Assembly (NCBI GenBank): GCA_003695625.1
Contig: RFIB01000337.1
Location: forward strand, 1-49,845
Reading direction: 5' to 3'
Length of the DNA stretch: 49,845 nt
From: Acidobacteriota bacterium
Lineage (GTDB): Bacteria; Acidobacteriota; Polarisedimenticolia; J045
A model generated the notes under the pieces. It did not search any database. It saw only the letters and a program-made list of their open reading frames with translations, and had not been told where the DNA came from. Both the position numbers and the translations under genes were made by a program. How positions within the stretch are numbered: the first letter of the stretch is position 1; each line of letters starts with the position of its first letter. Shown here piece by piece: positions 33,383 to 41,458 of the stretch.

Positions 33383-35610
33383 CAGCCCTCCCGCGCGGGC
33401 GGCACCGGCCTGCCCTCGTCGGCCGCCGCGAGATCTCCTGCCGGCCGGTCGACCGCCGGCAGCTCGATCACGATCCGCGTGCCGCCGCGCGGCGCGTCCT
33501 CGGCGCGGATCGTGCCGTGATGCTCGGTGACGATCTGCATCACGATCGCCAGGCCCAGCCCGGTGCCCCCGGCGCGACGCGAGAACTCGGGCTCGAACAG
33601 TCGCTGGCGGTCCTCGGCGGGGATGCCCGGCCCGTCGTCGATCACCTCGATCACCACGCTGCGGCCGGCGGCCCCCGGGACGACCCGCACCTCGATCGAG
33701 CCGCGCTCGCCGGCCGCGGCGACCGCGTTGTCGAGCAGGTTGATCAGGCAGCGCCGGAGCGCCTCGTGATCGACCCGGTGCGGCGGCAGCCGCGGCGCGA
33801 ACTCGGTGTCGAGGTGGACCTCGGCGTGCGCGGCACGGAACAGCTCGACCGCTTCCGCGGCGACCTTGCGTGCATCACCGTGCTCGAGGTGTGTCGCCGG
33901 CATGCGAGCGAAGCGCGAGAACTCCGCGACCAGCTCGCGCAGCGACTCCACCTCGCGCACGATCGTGCGCACGCCGTCCTCGAGCACCTCGCGGAACCGC
34001 TCGGGATCGCGCTCGAAGCGGCGGACCATCCGCTCGGCGGCGAGCCGGATCGGCGTCAGCGGGTTCTTGATCTCGTGCGCCACGCGGCGCGCGACCTCGG
34101 ACCACGCGGCGAGCCGCTCGGCGCGGCGAAGCTGGGTCAGATCCTCGAGCACGACGAGCACGCCGCCGCCGCGCGCGGGCAGCGTGAACGGCTCGGTCCG
34201 CACGAGGATCGACACGTCGCCCGCCTCGGTGGCGATGGTCAGCTCCTCGCTGCGACTCTCCTGCCCCACGTCGGCCAGCGCCGCCTCGACGAACCGCGCC
34301 ACCTCGCGTCGTCCGGGGCCGAGCGCCTCGGAGACCGGCCTTCCGACCGGCAGCTCGTCGAGACGCAGCACGGCCCGCGCCGCCCGGTTGACGGTCGAGA
34401 CCCGCCCCGACTCGTCGACGCTCAGCACGCCGACCGGGATCGCCTCGAGCAGCGTCTCGATGTAGCGCCGCCGCGCGACGAGATCGCGCCGGTGGCGCTG
34501 GACCTCCTCCGCCATCCGGTTGAACGAGCGCGCCAGCCGGCCGATCTCGTCGTCGCCGTATTCGCGTACCCGGAAGCCGAGATCGCCCTGGGCGAGCGCC
34601 TCGGTCCCGCGCGCCAGCTCGTCGATCGGTCGCGTGACCTGCCGCGCGAGGAAGAAGCCGGTCCACACCGCCGCGAACAGCACGACGAGGGTGATCAGCG
34701 CGAACAGCGAGTAGTACAGCCGCTCGACGGGGACCCGTCGCTGCTCGAACGACTGCACGTCGCGGAACGCCGCGGAGACGTGGCCGAGCAGATCCTCGAT
34801 CGTCTCCGGCAGGTAGACCGTGACGAACACGACGGTCGGTTCCTCGCCGGTGCCCGGAACCGGCTCGAGCGCGACCGCGCGCCAGCCGACCGGCATCCGC
34901 TCGGAGATCGCCGCTCCGCGACGCGTGGCCCGGACCTGCGCGACGAGCTCGGCGGGAACCCTCGTCAGCTCCGCGACGCGGACGTCGTCCTCCTCGCGCG
35001 TGCTGGCGACCGAAAGCGGCGGCGCGTCGGCCCGCAGCACGCCGACCGCGGCCACGTCGTACCGCTCGAGCCGCTCGCCGAGCCAGCGGGCCAGCGCGCT
35101 GCGACCGGTCCGCCGGCCGTCGAGCGACCGCTCGCCGGACAGCTCGCGCGCGACGACGCGCGCCACGTGGCGCGCCCGGCGCATCCTGTCCTCGTGGATC
35201 CAGTCCGGCACGACCGCGGCCTCGCGCAGCACCTGCACGTTCTCGGACCGCGAGAGCTGCTGCAGGCTCTGGCGGACGATCGCGATCGCCGAGCCGAACA
35301 GCACCAGCGACGGGACGAACACCAGCGCGAGGAACGCGACGGCGACGCGGGCCTGCAGCCGGCTGCCGACCGGACTGCGCCGTCCGGCGAGCACGCGCGC
35401 GAGGTTGCGCACCGTCATCCAGCCGATGGCGACCGCGATCACGACGATCGTCGCGGCGAGCGCGGCGAGCAGTGTCTTGTCGGTCGCCAGCCGCGTGTCG
35501 CCGAGCTTGCCGCGCTGGATGACGTAGTAGACCGCCGAGGCGATGACGAGGCAGACGACCGTCGTGACGATCGCCAGCCGGTCCGATCTCAGCCTGCGTG
35601 GTGGCGACAC
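33382..35610 (-). CDS. Sensor histidine kinase, NtrY-like (multi-TM, HAMP, PAS, HisKA, HATPase_c)
   Basis: H-box AHEIKNPLTPIRLAAERM, typical of NtrY; HAMP (RPIDELARGTEALAQGDL); PAS; G-boxes DDGPGI and GTGLGLAIV. I chose the GTG at 35610, which has GGAGG 8 nt upstream. The stop shares one nt with the regulator ATG (TGATG). Confidence 0.88.
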   Translation of the reverse strand: MSPPRRLRSDRLAIVTTVVCLVIASAVYYVIQRGKLGDTRLATDKTLLAALAATIVVIAVAIGWMTVRNLARVLAGRRSPVGSRLQARVAVAFLALVFVPSLVLFGSAIAIVRQSLQQLSRSENVQVLREAAVVPDWIHEDRMRRARHVARVVARELSGERSLDGRRTGRSALARWLGERLERYDVAAVGVLRADAPPLSVASTREEDDVRVAELTRVPAELVAQVRATRRGAAISERMPVGWRAVALEPVPGTGEEPTVVFVTVYLPETIEDLLGHVSAAFRDVQSFEQRRVPVERLYYSLFALITLVVLFAAVWTGFFLARQVTRPIDELARGTEALAQGDLGFRVREYGDDEIGRLARSFNRMAEEVQRHRRDLVARRRYIETLLEAIPVGVLSVDESGRVSTVNRAARAVLRLDELPVGRPVSEALGPGRREVARFVEAALADVGQESRSEELTIATEAGDVSILVRTEPFTLPARGGGVLVVLEDLTQLRRAERLAAWSEVARRVAHEIKNPLTPIRLAAERMVRRFERDPERFREVLEDGVRTIVREVESLRELVAEFSRFARMPATHLEHGDARKVAAEAVELFRAAHAEVHLDTEFAPRLPPHRVDHEALRRCLINLLDNAVAAAGERGSIEVRVVPGAAGRSVVIEVIDDGPGIPAEDRQRLFEPEFSRRAGGTGLGLAIVMQIVTEHHGTIRAEDAPRGGTRIVIELPAVDRPAGDLAAADEGRPVPPAREG

Positions 35611-35644
35611 GGCGCGCGCCTCCGGTCCCCGGGATCCCGGGCGC

Positions 35645-36562
35645 TCAGCCGGCCCGGGCACCGGCCCGTCCGGGCGGTGCGGGCTGCGCCGGCGGACGGT
35701 CAGGACCGCCGGGCGGCGACTCGAAGATCCAGTTCGCCGGGTCGGCGAGCAGCGCGTCGGCAAGCCGGCCATGGAGCGCGTGTCCGCTGCGCCAGGCCAG
35801 CACGCGGGCGCGCAGCGGGCAGCCGAGCAGGGCCAGGTCGCCGACGATGTCGAGCAGCTTGTGGCGGACGAACTCGTCGGGGAAGCGCAGCTCGGCCCCC
35901 TCGACGCCCTGCTCGCCGACGACGATCGCGCTGTCGAGCGAGCCGCCGCGGACGAGCCCCATCTCGCGCAGGCGCTCGACGTCCTCGCGCAGCGCGAACG
36001 TCCGCGCCGGGGCGAGCTTGGCCAGGAAGTCCTCCTGCCGGTCGCAGCGCACGGTCAGCTGCTGGTGCCCGAGGTGCCGGTGCTCGAAGTCGATCGCCGC
36101 CGTCAGCCGGAACCCGTCGAACGGATGCGCCTCGAGCCGCCGCGCCTCGTCGCCGACGCTCACCGGCGCGGTCAGGACGAGCCGCGGGCAGTCCTCGTCC
36201 TGCTCGGCCAGGCCGGCCTCGAGCAGGCCGCGGGCGAACGGCAGCGAGGATCCGTCGAGGATCGGCAGCTCCGGTCCGTCGAGCCGGACCCGGACGTTGT
36301 CGACCCCCAGCGCGTACAGCGCGGCGAGCAGGTGCTCGGGCGTGTCGACCACGGCGCCGTCCCGCTCGAGGCGGGTCGCGTTGACCATCGGCGCGCGGTA
36401 CTGCTGGAGCGCGGGGACGTCGCGGCCGCCGAGATCGTCCCGCACGAAGACCACGCCGTGCCAGGCGGGCGCCGGCTCGACCGAGACGCGGCAGCGCCGC
36501 CCCGAATGCAGGCCGATCCCCTCGAACCGGGCCGGGCGTCCGACTGTCCGCTGCCGTCGCAT
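35645..36562 (-). CDS. lpxC: UDP-3-O-acyl-N-acetylglucosamine deacetylase LpxC
   Basis: The N-terminal MRRQRTVGRPARFEGIGLHSG parallels E. coli MIKQRTLKR...GVGLHTG. Also TPEHLLAALYALGVDN, ILDGSSLPF and HKLLDIVGDLALLG. See the repeat feature at the start codon. Confidence 0.93.
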   Translation of the reverse strand: MRRQRTVGRPARFEGIGLHSGRRCRVSVEPAPAWHGVVFVRDDLGGRDVPALQQYRAPMVNATRLERDGAVVDTPEHLLAALYALGVDNVRVRLDGPELPILDGSSLPFARGLLEAGLAEQDEDCPRLVLTAPVSVGDEARRLEAHPFDGFRLTAAIDFEHRHLGHQQLTVRCDRQEDFLAKLAPARTFALREDVERLREMGLVRGGSLDSAIVVGEQGVEGAELRFPDEFVRHKLLDIVGDLALLGCPLRARVLAWRSGHALHGRLADALLADPANWIFESPPGGPDRPPAQPAPPGRAGARAG

Positions 36563-36570
36563 CGTCGCAT
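36555..36570 (-). repeat. Perfect 8-bp tandem duplication ATGCGACG|ATGCGACG spanning the lpxC start
   Basis: The minus strand reads GGAGGTCTACA-ATGCGACG-ATGCGACG-GCAGCGG. The second ATG (36562) is the lpxC frame. The first ATG (36570) is out of frame and sits 6 nt from the SD. Confidence 0.9.
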
Positions 36571-36603
36571 TGTAGACCTCCGGCGCGCGCGCCGCGGAGA
36601 CGC

Positions 36604-36632
36604 TTGACCCGTCTGGCCCGGAACCGAACAAT
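36604..36632 (+). promoter_or_regulatory. Candidate promoter for the GAF-like gene (TTGACC-N17-AACAAT)
   Basis: TTGACC at 36604-36609, a 17-nt spacer, and AACAAT at 36627-36632, in the 128-nt divergent gap between lpxC and the GAF-like gene. Confidence 0.3.
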
Positions 36633-36690
36633 ACGCCCCGACGAGACCGGCGACGGTGCCGGCTCCCCGTCACCTGGAGGGCAGCGGACG

Positions 36691-37752
36691 ATGTCATCGC
36701 GCCAGCTTCCGGCCGACGTGGTCGAAGGTGTGCTCTCGCGGCTCGGCGAGACGATCGAACAGCAGCTCCGGACCACCGGGGAGAACCTCCGCGGCGCGGT
36801 GCGCGGCGTGCTCGAGGAACTCGAGCTGCCCGGCGCCGAGCCCGAGCTGCGCACGCCGCCGCCGCTGGCGCGCGCGGTGACGGCGATCCGCGAGGGCCGC
36901 GGCCAGGTGCCGGTGCTGCGCAGCCTGCTCGCCGGGGCCTCGTCGCTCGGCGCCCGCGCGGCGCTGTTCGTCGTGCGCGGCGGATCGGTCGAGCTGTGGG
37001 AGGCGACCGGCTTCGAGGAGGACGAGGCGCAATCCGGCAGGCTTGCCGGCCGCACGCTCGACGCGGACGAGCCGGCGGTGGCCGCGGTGCTCGCCGACCG
37101 GCGGCCGGTCGCGCTCGAGGACGATCACCCGCACCCGCATCCGGAATTCGGCCAGGCGCGGCGCCCGGAGGTGTTCCTCGCTCCGCTGTGCGTGCACGAG
37201 CGCGTCGTCGGCCTGCTGTTCGCCGACCGGGCACAGCCCGACACCCCGCTCGACCGCGCCGGGATCGAGCTGCTCGTCGAGGTCGCCGGCCTGGCGGTCG
37301 AGCGGCTCGTCCTCGCGCGGCGCATGCAGACGGCGCCGGCGACGCCGCCCCCGGCGCGGATGTCCGGCCCGGTGTCCACCGAGGGCCGGGCGGCGGCTCC
37401 GGCGGAGGAGGCCGCACCGCCGCTCGAGACCGGAAGCGATGCATCCGCCGGCGAGGACTTCGCGCTGATGCCGGAGGCCGAGCAGGCCGAGGGCGAGCAG
37501 AGCCCGGAGGTCGAGGACGCGCGCCGCTTCGCCCGCCTGCTGATCGAGGAGATCTGCCTGTACGAGGCGGAGAAGGTCGAGGAGGGCCGCGCCAAGGGCG
37601 ACCTGCTCGAGCGCCTCGGCGAGGAGATCGAGCGGGCCCGCAAGATGTACGAACAGCGCGTCGCGCCGGAGATCCGCAACCGCGGTGACTTCTTCGGCGA
37701 AGCGCTGGTCACCGTCCTCGCAGCCGGAGACCCCGCCGCCCTGGCCCGCTGA
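36691..37752 (+). CDS. Hypothetical GAF-like domain protein with Pro/Ala-rich linker and conserved helical C-terminal module
   Basis: ATG at 36691 with GGAGGG about 10 nt upstream. The GAF-like core (AALFVVRGGSVELWEATGF...RVVGLLFADR) is homologous to the C-terminus of the 6191..7345 product. The C-terminal module reads ARRFARLLIEEICLYEAEKVEEGR. Confidence 0.7.
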   Translation: MSSRQLPADVVEGVLSRLGETIEQQLRTTGENLRGAVRGVLEELELPGAEPELRTPPPLARAVTAIREGRGQVPVLRSLLAGASSLGARAALFVVRGGSVELWEATGFEEDEAQSGRLAGRTLDADEPAVAAVLADRRPVALEDDHPHPHPEFGQARRPEVFLAPLCVHERVVGLLFADRAQPDTPLDRAGIELLVEVAGLAVERLVLARRMQTAPATPPPARMSGPVSTEGRAAAPAEEAAPPLETGSDASAGEDFALMPEAEQAEGEQSPEVEDARRFARLLIEEICLYEAEKVEEGRAKGDLLERLGEEIERARKMYEQRVAPEIRNRGDFFGEALVTVLAAGDPAALAR

Positions 37753-37760
37753 GCCTCACG

Positions 37761-38660
37761 GTGTCCGCCCGGGCCGGCCAGTGGACCGGCGATCTCGCGC
37801 TGCTGGCCTGCGCCGTCGGCTGGGGAGCGACCTTCCCCGTCGTCGAGAGCGCCCTCGATCACGCCTCGCCACTGATGCTCAACGGGGCGCGGTTCCTGCT
37901 CGCGGCCGTCTTCCTCGCCCGGCCCGCGCTGCGCGCCGCGGGCGCCGAGCACCGCGCCGCGCTCGGCTGGGGGCTGGCGCTCGGCGCGCTGCTCGCGCTC
38001 GGCTACGCGCTCCAGACGCGGGGGCTCGAGACGATCGACCCGGCGCGCTCGGCGTTCCTGACCGCGTTCTACGTCCTGTTCACGCCGCTGATCGACTGGC
38101 TGGTCCGCGGACCGCGGCCCTCGGCGCCGGTGCTCGGCGGGGCAGTGCTCGCCCTCGGCGGTGTGTTCGTGATGACCGGCGGCGGCCGCGGTGGCCTCGG
38201 GACCGGGGACGTGCTGACGCTCGCCTGCGCCGTCGCGTTCGCCGCACACATCGTCTGCCTCGGGATCGCCTTGCGCCGGCACCGCGCCGGCGTGCTGCTC
38301 GTGCAGCAGATCGCGATCTGCGCGGTGCTCTCGCTGGCCTGCGCCCCGCTCGTCGAGCGGCCGCGGCTCGAGTTCGACCTGCTGCTCTGGCTGCAGATCG
38401 CCTTCCTCGGCCTCGTCGCCACCGACCTGCTGCTGTGGCTGCAGGCGTTCGGCCAGCGGCGGACCAGCGCGGGACACGCGGCGGTGCTGTTCTCGTCCGA
38501 GCCGGTCTGGGCGGCGGTGTTCGCCGTGCTCGCCGGCTCCCGGCCGGGCGGTGCGGAGATCGCCGGCGGCGCGCTGGTCCTCGCCGGCGTGCTCGTCGCC
38601 ACCCTCCCGCGCGTCGCGCGCGGCGAGCGACGGGCGGCGCGGGACGGCGAACCGCGCTAA
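37761..38660 (+). CDS. EamA/DMT family transporter
   Basis: About ten predicted TM helices in two EamA repeats (LLACAVGWGATFPV...). GTG start 8 nt after the upstream stop. Confidence 0.85.
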   Translation: MSARAGQWTGDLALLACAVGWGATFPVVESALDHASPLMLNGARFLLAAVFLARPALRAAGAEHRAALGWGLALGALLALGYALQTRGLETIDPARSAFLTAFYVLFTPLIDWLVRGPRPSAPVLGGAVLALGGVFVMTGGGRGGLGTGDVLTLACAVAFAAHIVCLGIALRRHRAGVLLVQQIAICAVLSLACAPLVERPRLEFDLLLWLQIAFLGLVATDLLLWLQAFGQRRTSAGHAAVLFSSEPVWAAVFAVLAGSRPGGAEIAGGALVLAGVLVATLPRVARGERRAARDGEPR

Positions 38661-38707
38661 TCTCGCCCGCCCGCCGGCGGCACCGGCGACGAGGGAGAGC
38701 GGAGTCC

Positions 38708-39556
38708 ATGGCGCGAACCGGCAGCATCCGACGGAAGACCAGGCGACGGAGCGCGACGTCGCGCGCCCAGCGGGCGGACCGCTACGCGCTGTACCAGCGC
38801 TCGGTGCAGTCGCCGGAGTTCGACGCGTCGTTCATCGACCGCGTGTACCGCAAGGAGTACGGCAGCCCGCCGATGCTGCTGCGCGAGGACTTCTGCGGCA
38901 CGGCGGCGATCTCGTGCGCGTTCGTCGCCTCGCGCCGCGGACGACGGGCGATCGGCATCGACATCGACCCCGAGCCGCTGGCGTGGGGCCGCGAGCACAA
39001 CGTCGCCGCGTTGCCCGAGGCGCGCCGCGGCCTCGTCCGGCTGATCGAGGCCGACGTGCGCGACGTGATGCGCCCCAGGGCGGACGTCGTGTGCGCGATG
39101 AACTTCTCGTACTGCGTGTTCAAGACGCGCGACGAGCTGCGCGGCTACTTCGAGGCGGCGCGCGCCAACCTGCGCCGCAAGGGCGTGCTGGTGCTCGACG
39201 TCGTCGGCGGTCCGGAGACGCAGGAGGAAGACACCGAGGAGACCCGCACGGTCGGCCGCGGGATCCGCTACGTCTGGGAGCAGAAGCGGTTCGATCCGGT
39301 CAGCTACAACGCGCGGTTCGCGATCCACTTCCTGTTCGACGACGGCAGCGCGCTGCATCACGCCTTCGAGTACGACTGGCGGCTGTGGACGATCCCGGAG
39401 ATCCGCGAGCTGCTGCTCGAGGCGGGTTTCCGCCGCGCCGATGTCTACTGGGAGGAGACCGACTCCGAGACCGGTGAAGGCAACGGCCGCTACCGCAAGG
39501 TGCGCGAGGCCGAGGCCGATCCGGCGTGGGTCGCCTGCATCGCGGCGATCAGGTGA
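38708..39556 (+). CDS. Class I SAM-dependent methyltransferase
   Basis: ATG at 38708 with a GGAG-containing upstream region. Motif I-like REDFCGTAAIS and an acidic loop IGIDIDPE. Unknown substrate. Confidence 0.85.
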   Translation: MARTGSIRRKTRRRSATSRAQRADRYALYQRSVQSPEFDASFIDRVYRKEYGSPPMLLREDFCGTAAISCAFVASRRGRRAIGIDIDPEPLAWGREHNVAALPEARRGLVRLIEADVRDVMRPRADVVCAMNFSYCVFKTRDELRGYFEAARANLRRKGVLVLDVVGGPETQEEDTEETRTVGRGIRYVWEQKRFDPVSYNARFAIHFLFDDGSALHHAFEYDWRLWTIPEIRELLLEAGFRRADVYWEETDSETGEGNGRYRKVREAEADPAWVACIAAIR

Positions 39557-40358
39557 ACGCTTCGGCGGTCCGCCCGCTGTAGACGAAGCGCGCCGGGCCG
39601 GACAGCCGCGCCCGTTCCCCGTCGAGCGCGACGCGCAGCGCGATCCCCGACGGCGGCATGACGGTCACCGGACCGTCGCCGGCGATGCCGGTCTCGCGCG
39701 CCCACGCCGCGGCGGCCAGCGCCCCGCTGCCGCACGCGGCCGTCTCGCCGGCTCCGCGCTCGAGCGTGCGGACGCGCAGTTCGCGCCGGCCCGCCGGCTC
39801 GACGAGCGTCACGTTGGCGTCCCGCGCCAGATCGGGGCGCACCGCGGCCAGTCCGTCGCGCCACGCCGCGAGCGGGAGGCCGGGGGCGGCACCCGCCGCC
39901 GCGACCACGTGCGGCACGCCGGCATGCACGATCCGGCCCTCGGCGCGCGTCCCGTCGAGCCGGACGACGACCGCCTCCGTCTCGACGCGCGGCGCCCCGA
40001 GCACGATCGTGACCGCCGCGCCGGCGATCTCCGCCCCGACGCGGATCTCCGGAAACGCCAGCTCGAAGCCCGCGCCTCCGATCCCGAGCACCTCGCGTGC
40101 GAACAGCGCCGCGCAGCGCGCGCCGTTGCCGCAGAAGCCCGCGGGCGAGCCGTCGGCGTTGCGGTAGAGCACGCGGACGCCGGCCCCTTCCGGCGCGACG
40201 ACGAGCAGCCCGTCGGCCCCGATCGCGGTCCGGCGCGGGCAGAGCCGCCGCGCCAGTGTGCCCGGATCGGCGGGAAGCGCGACGCGCCCGTCGAGCACGA
40301 CGAAGTCGTTGCCGGCGCCCTCCATCTTCCAGAACGGCAGTCCGGCCGCCGCGCTCAT
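39549..40358 (-). CDS. dapF: Diaminopimelate epimerase
   Basis: Motifs FWKMEGAGNDFVVLD, catalytic Cys GFCGNGARC and AACGSGA. The ATG overlaps the upstream lipoprotein stop as ATGA. Confidence 0.93.
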   Translation of the reverse strand: MSAAAGLPFWKMEGAGNDFVVLDGRVALPADPGTLARRLCPRRTAIGADGLLVVAPEGAGVRVLYRNADGSPAGFCGNGARCAALFAREVLGIGGAGFELAFPEIRVGAEIAGAAVTIVLGAPRVETEAVVVRLDGTRAEGRIVHAGVPHVVAAAGAAPGLPLAAWRDGLAAVRPDLARDANVTLVEPAGRRELRVRTLERGAGETAACGSGALAAAAWARETGIAGDGPVTVMPPSGIALRVALDGERARLSGPARFVYSGRTAEAFT

Positions 40359-41458
40359 CGGGGCGCCTCCGCGTCGCGCGTTGGCCGGGGCGTCGTCCAG
40401 TCCGTCGGCCCCGCCGGGTCGGCCCGGTTGCCGCGGCGGTCGACGCTGATCACGCGGTAGCGGTAGCGCACCTCGCCACGCACCGAGCGGTCGCTGAAGA
40501 ACGCGTCCGGCATCCGCACGCGGCCGACCTCGTGCCACGGCGCGCTGTCCTCGCGCTCCTGGCGCTCCACGATCGCCAGCTCGAGGTCGTCGGCGCGGGA
40601 CGGGACCCAGAGCACGTTGATTCCCGACTCGACGGCGACGGCGACGACGTCGCGGGCCGGATCCGGGGCGAACCGGTCCTCGTAGGCCAGCGGCCCGACG
40701 ACCCGCGGGACCGACTCGACCACGGGTCCCTCGGCGGACAGCGCCACCGTCGCCGCGTAGACCAGCGACTGGCCGTAGCGCACGCCCTCGTCGACGGTCT
40801 GCCCCTCCTCGCGCGGCACGACGCGCCACGGACGCCAGTCGTCGCCCGCCTCGCCCTCGATCCTCCGGTAGATCCTCACCGCGGCGGCGCGATCGTCGCC
40901 CCCGGCCCACGACAGCGCCACGCCCCGCTCGCGGGGCACGACGTCGAGGCGCTCGAGCGGGGCGAGCGGCGGGCGGGCGACGGGCAGCACGGTGCGCGGG
41001 GACGGGGCCGACCGGCCGCGACGGTCCCGCAGTGCAAGGGAGACCACCAGATGGCCGTCCGCCTCGAGCCGGTCGAGCTCGAGCGCATCGAGCCGGACGA
41101 CGTCCTCGGCGCCCTGCCCGGGATCCAGCGCGGGCAGCTCGACCTCGCGGGCCCGGCGCAGGAACTCCCGATCCCGGAATCCGGCCGACCAGCCCGCCGC
41201 CAGCTCGGGCGACGGCTCGCCGAGCACGAGCGCCACCGGCACGACCGGCGGGCGCAGCGGGTGGCCCCTGAGATCGCGCAGCACGTATCGGGCCCGGAAC
41301 TCGATGCGCTCGCCCCGCTGCCGGACGCGCACCTCGCGCGGCGACTCGGGGATCCGCGGCCGCGGCGGAATCGGCGCACCCTTGTGCCCGCACGCGGCCA
41401 GCCCGGCGAGGAGCAGCACGATCCCGGCGGCCGCCGGGACCCGCAGCGCTCGGCTCAC
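40355..41458 (-). CDS. Lipoprotein with LptM/YifL-like N-terminus (lipobox + CGxKG motif) and three FN3-like repeats
   Basis: Lipobox LLAGLAAC followed by CGHKGAPIPP (compare E. coli YifL/LptM GCGLKGPLYFP). The remaining ~330 aa form three beta-rich FN3-like repeats. The GTG start overlaps the hslU stop as GTGA. Confidence 0.75.
   Translation of the reverse strand: MSRALRVPAAAGIVLLLAGLAACGHKGAPIPPRPRIPESPREVRVRQRGERIEFRARYVLRDLRGHPLRPPVVPVALVLGEPSPELAAGWSAGFRDREFLRRAREVELPALDPGQGAEDVVRLDALELDRLEADGHLVVSLALRDRRGRSAPSPRTVLPVARPPLAPLERLDVVPRERGVALSWAGGDDRAAAVRIYRRIEGEAGDDWRPWRVVPREEGQTVDEGVRYGQSLVYAATVALSAEGPVVESVPRVVGPLAYEDRFAPDPARDVVAVAVESGINVLWVPSRADDLELAIVERQEREDSAPWHEVGRVRMPDAFFSDRSVRGEVRYRYRVISVDRRGNRADPAGPTDWTTPRPTRDAEAPR

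Noticed and set aside
33091-36384. A 1097-codon + strand ORF spanning the ntrX-like, ntrY-like and lpxC genes.
   Set aside because: It is antisense to three well-supported genes. The second half is an Arg/Ala/Pro repeat-like translation typical of out-of-frame GC-rich DNA.
36172-36570. A 132-aa ORF starting at the SD-proximal ATG upstream of lpxC.
   Set aside because: I reject it as a functional protein. It lies entirely inside lpxC in another frame and has an Arg/Ser/Pro-rich translation. I keep its start codon as a possible regulatory decoy; see the lpxC finding.
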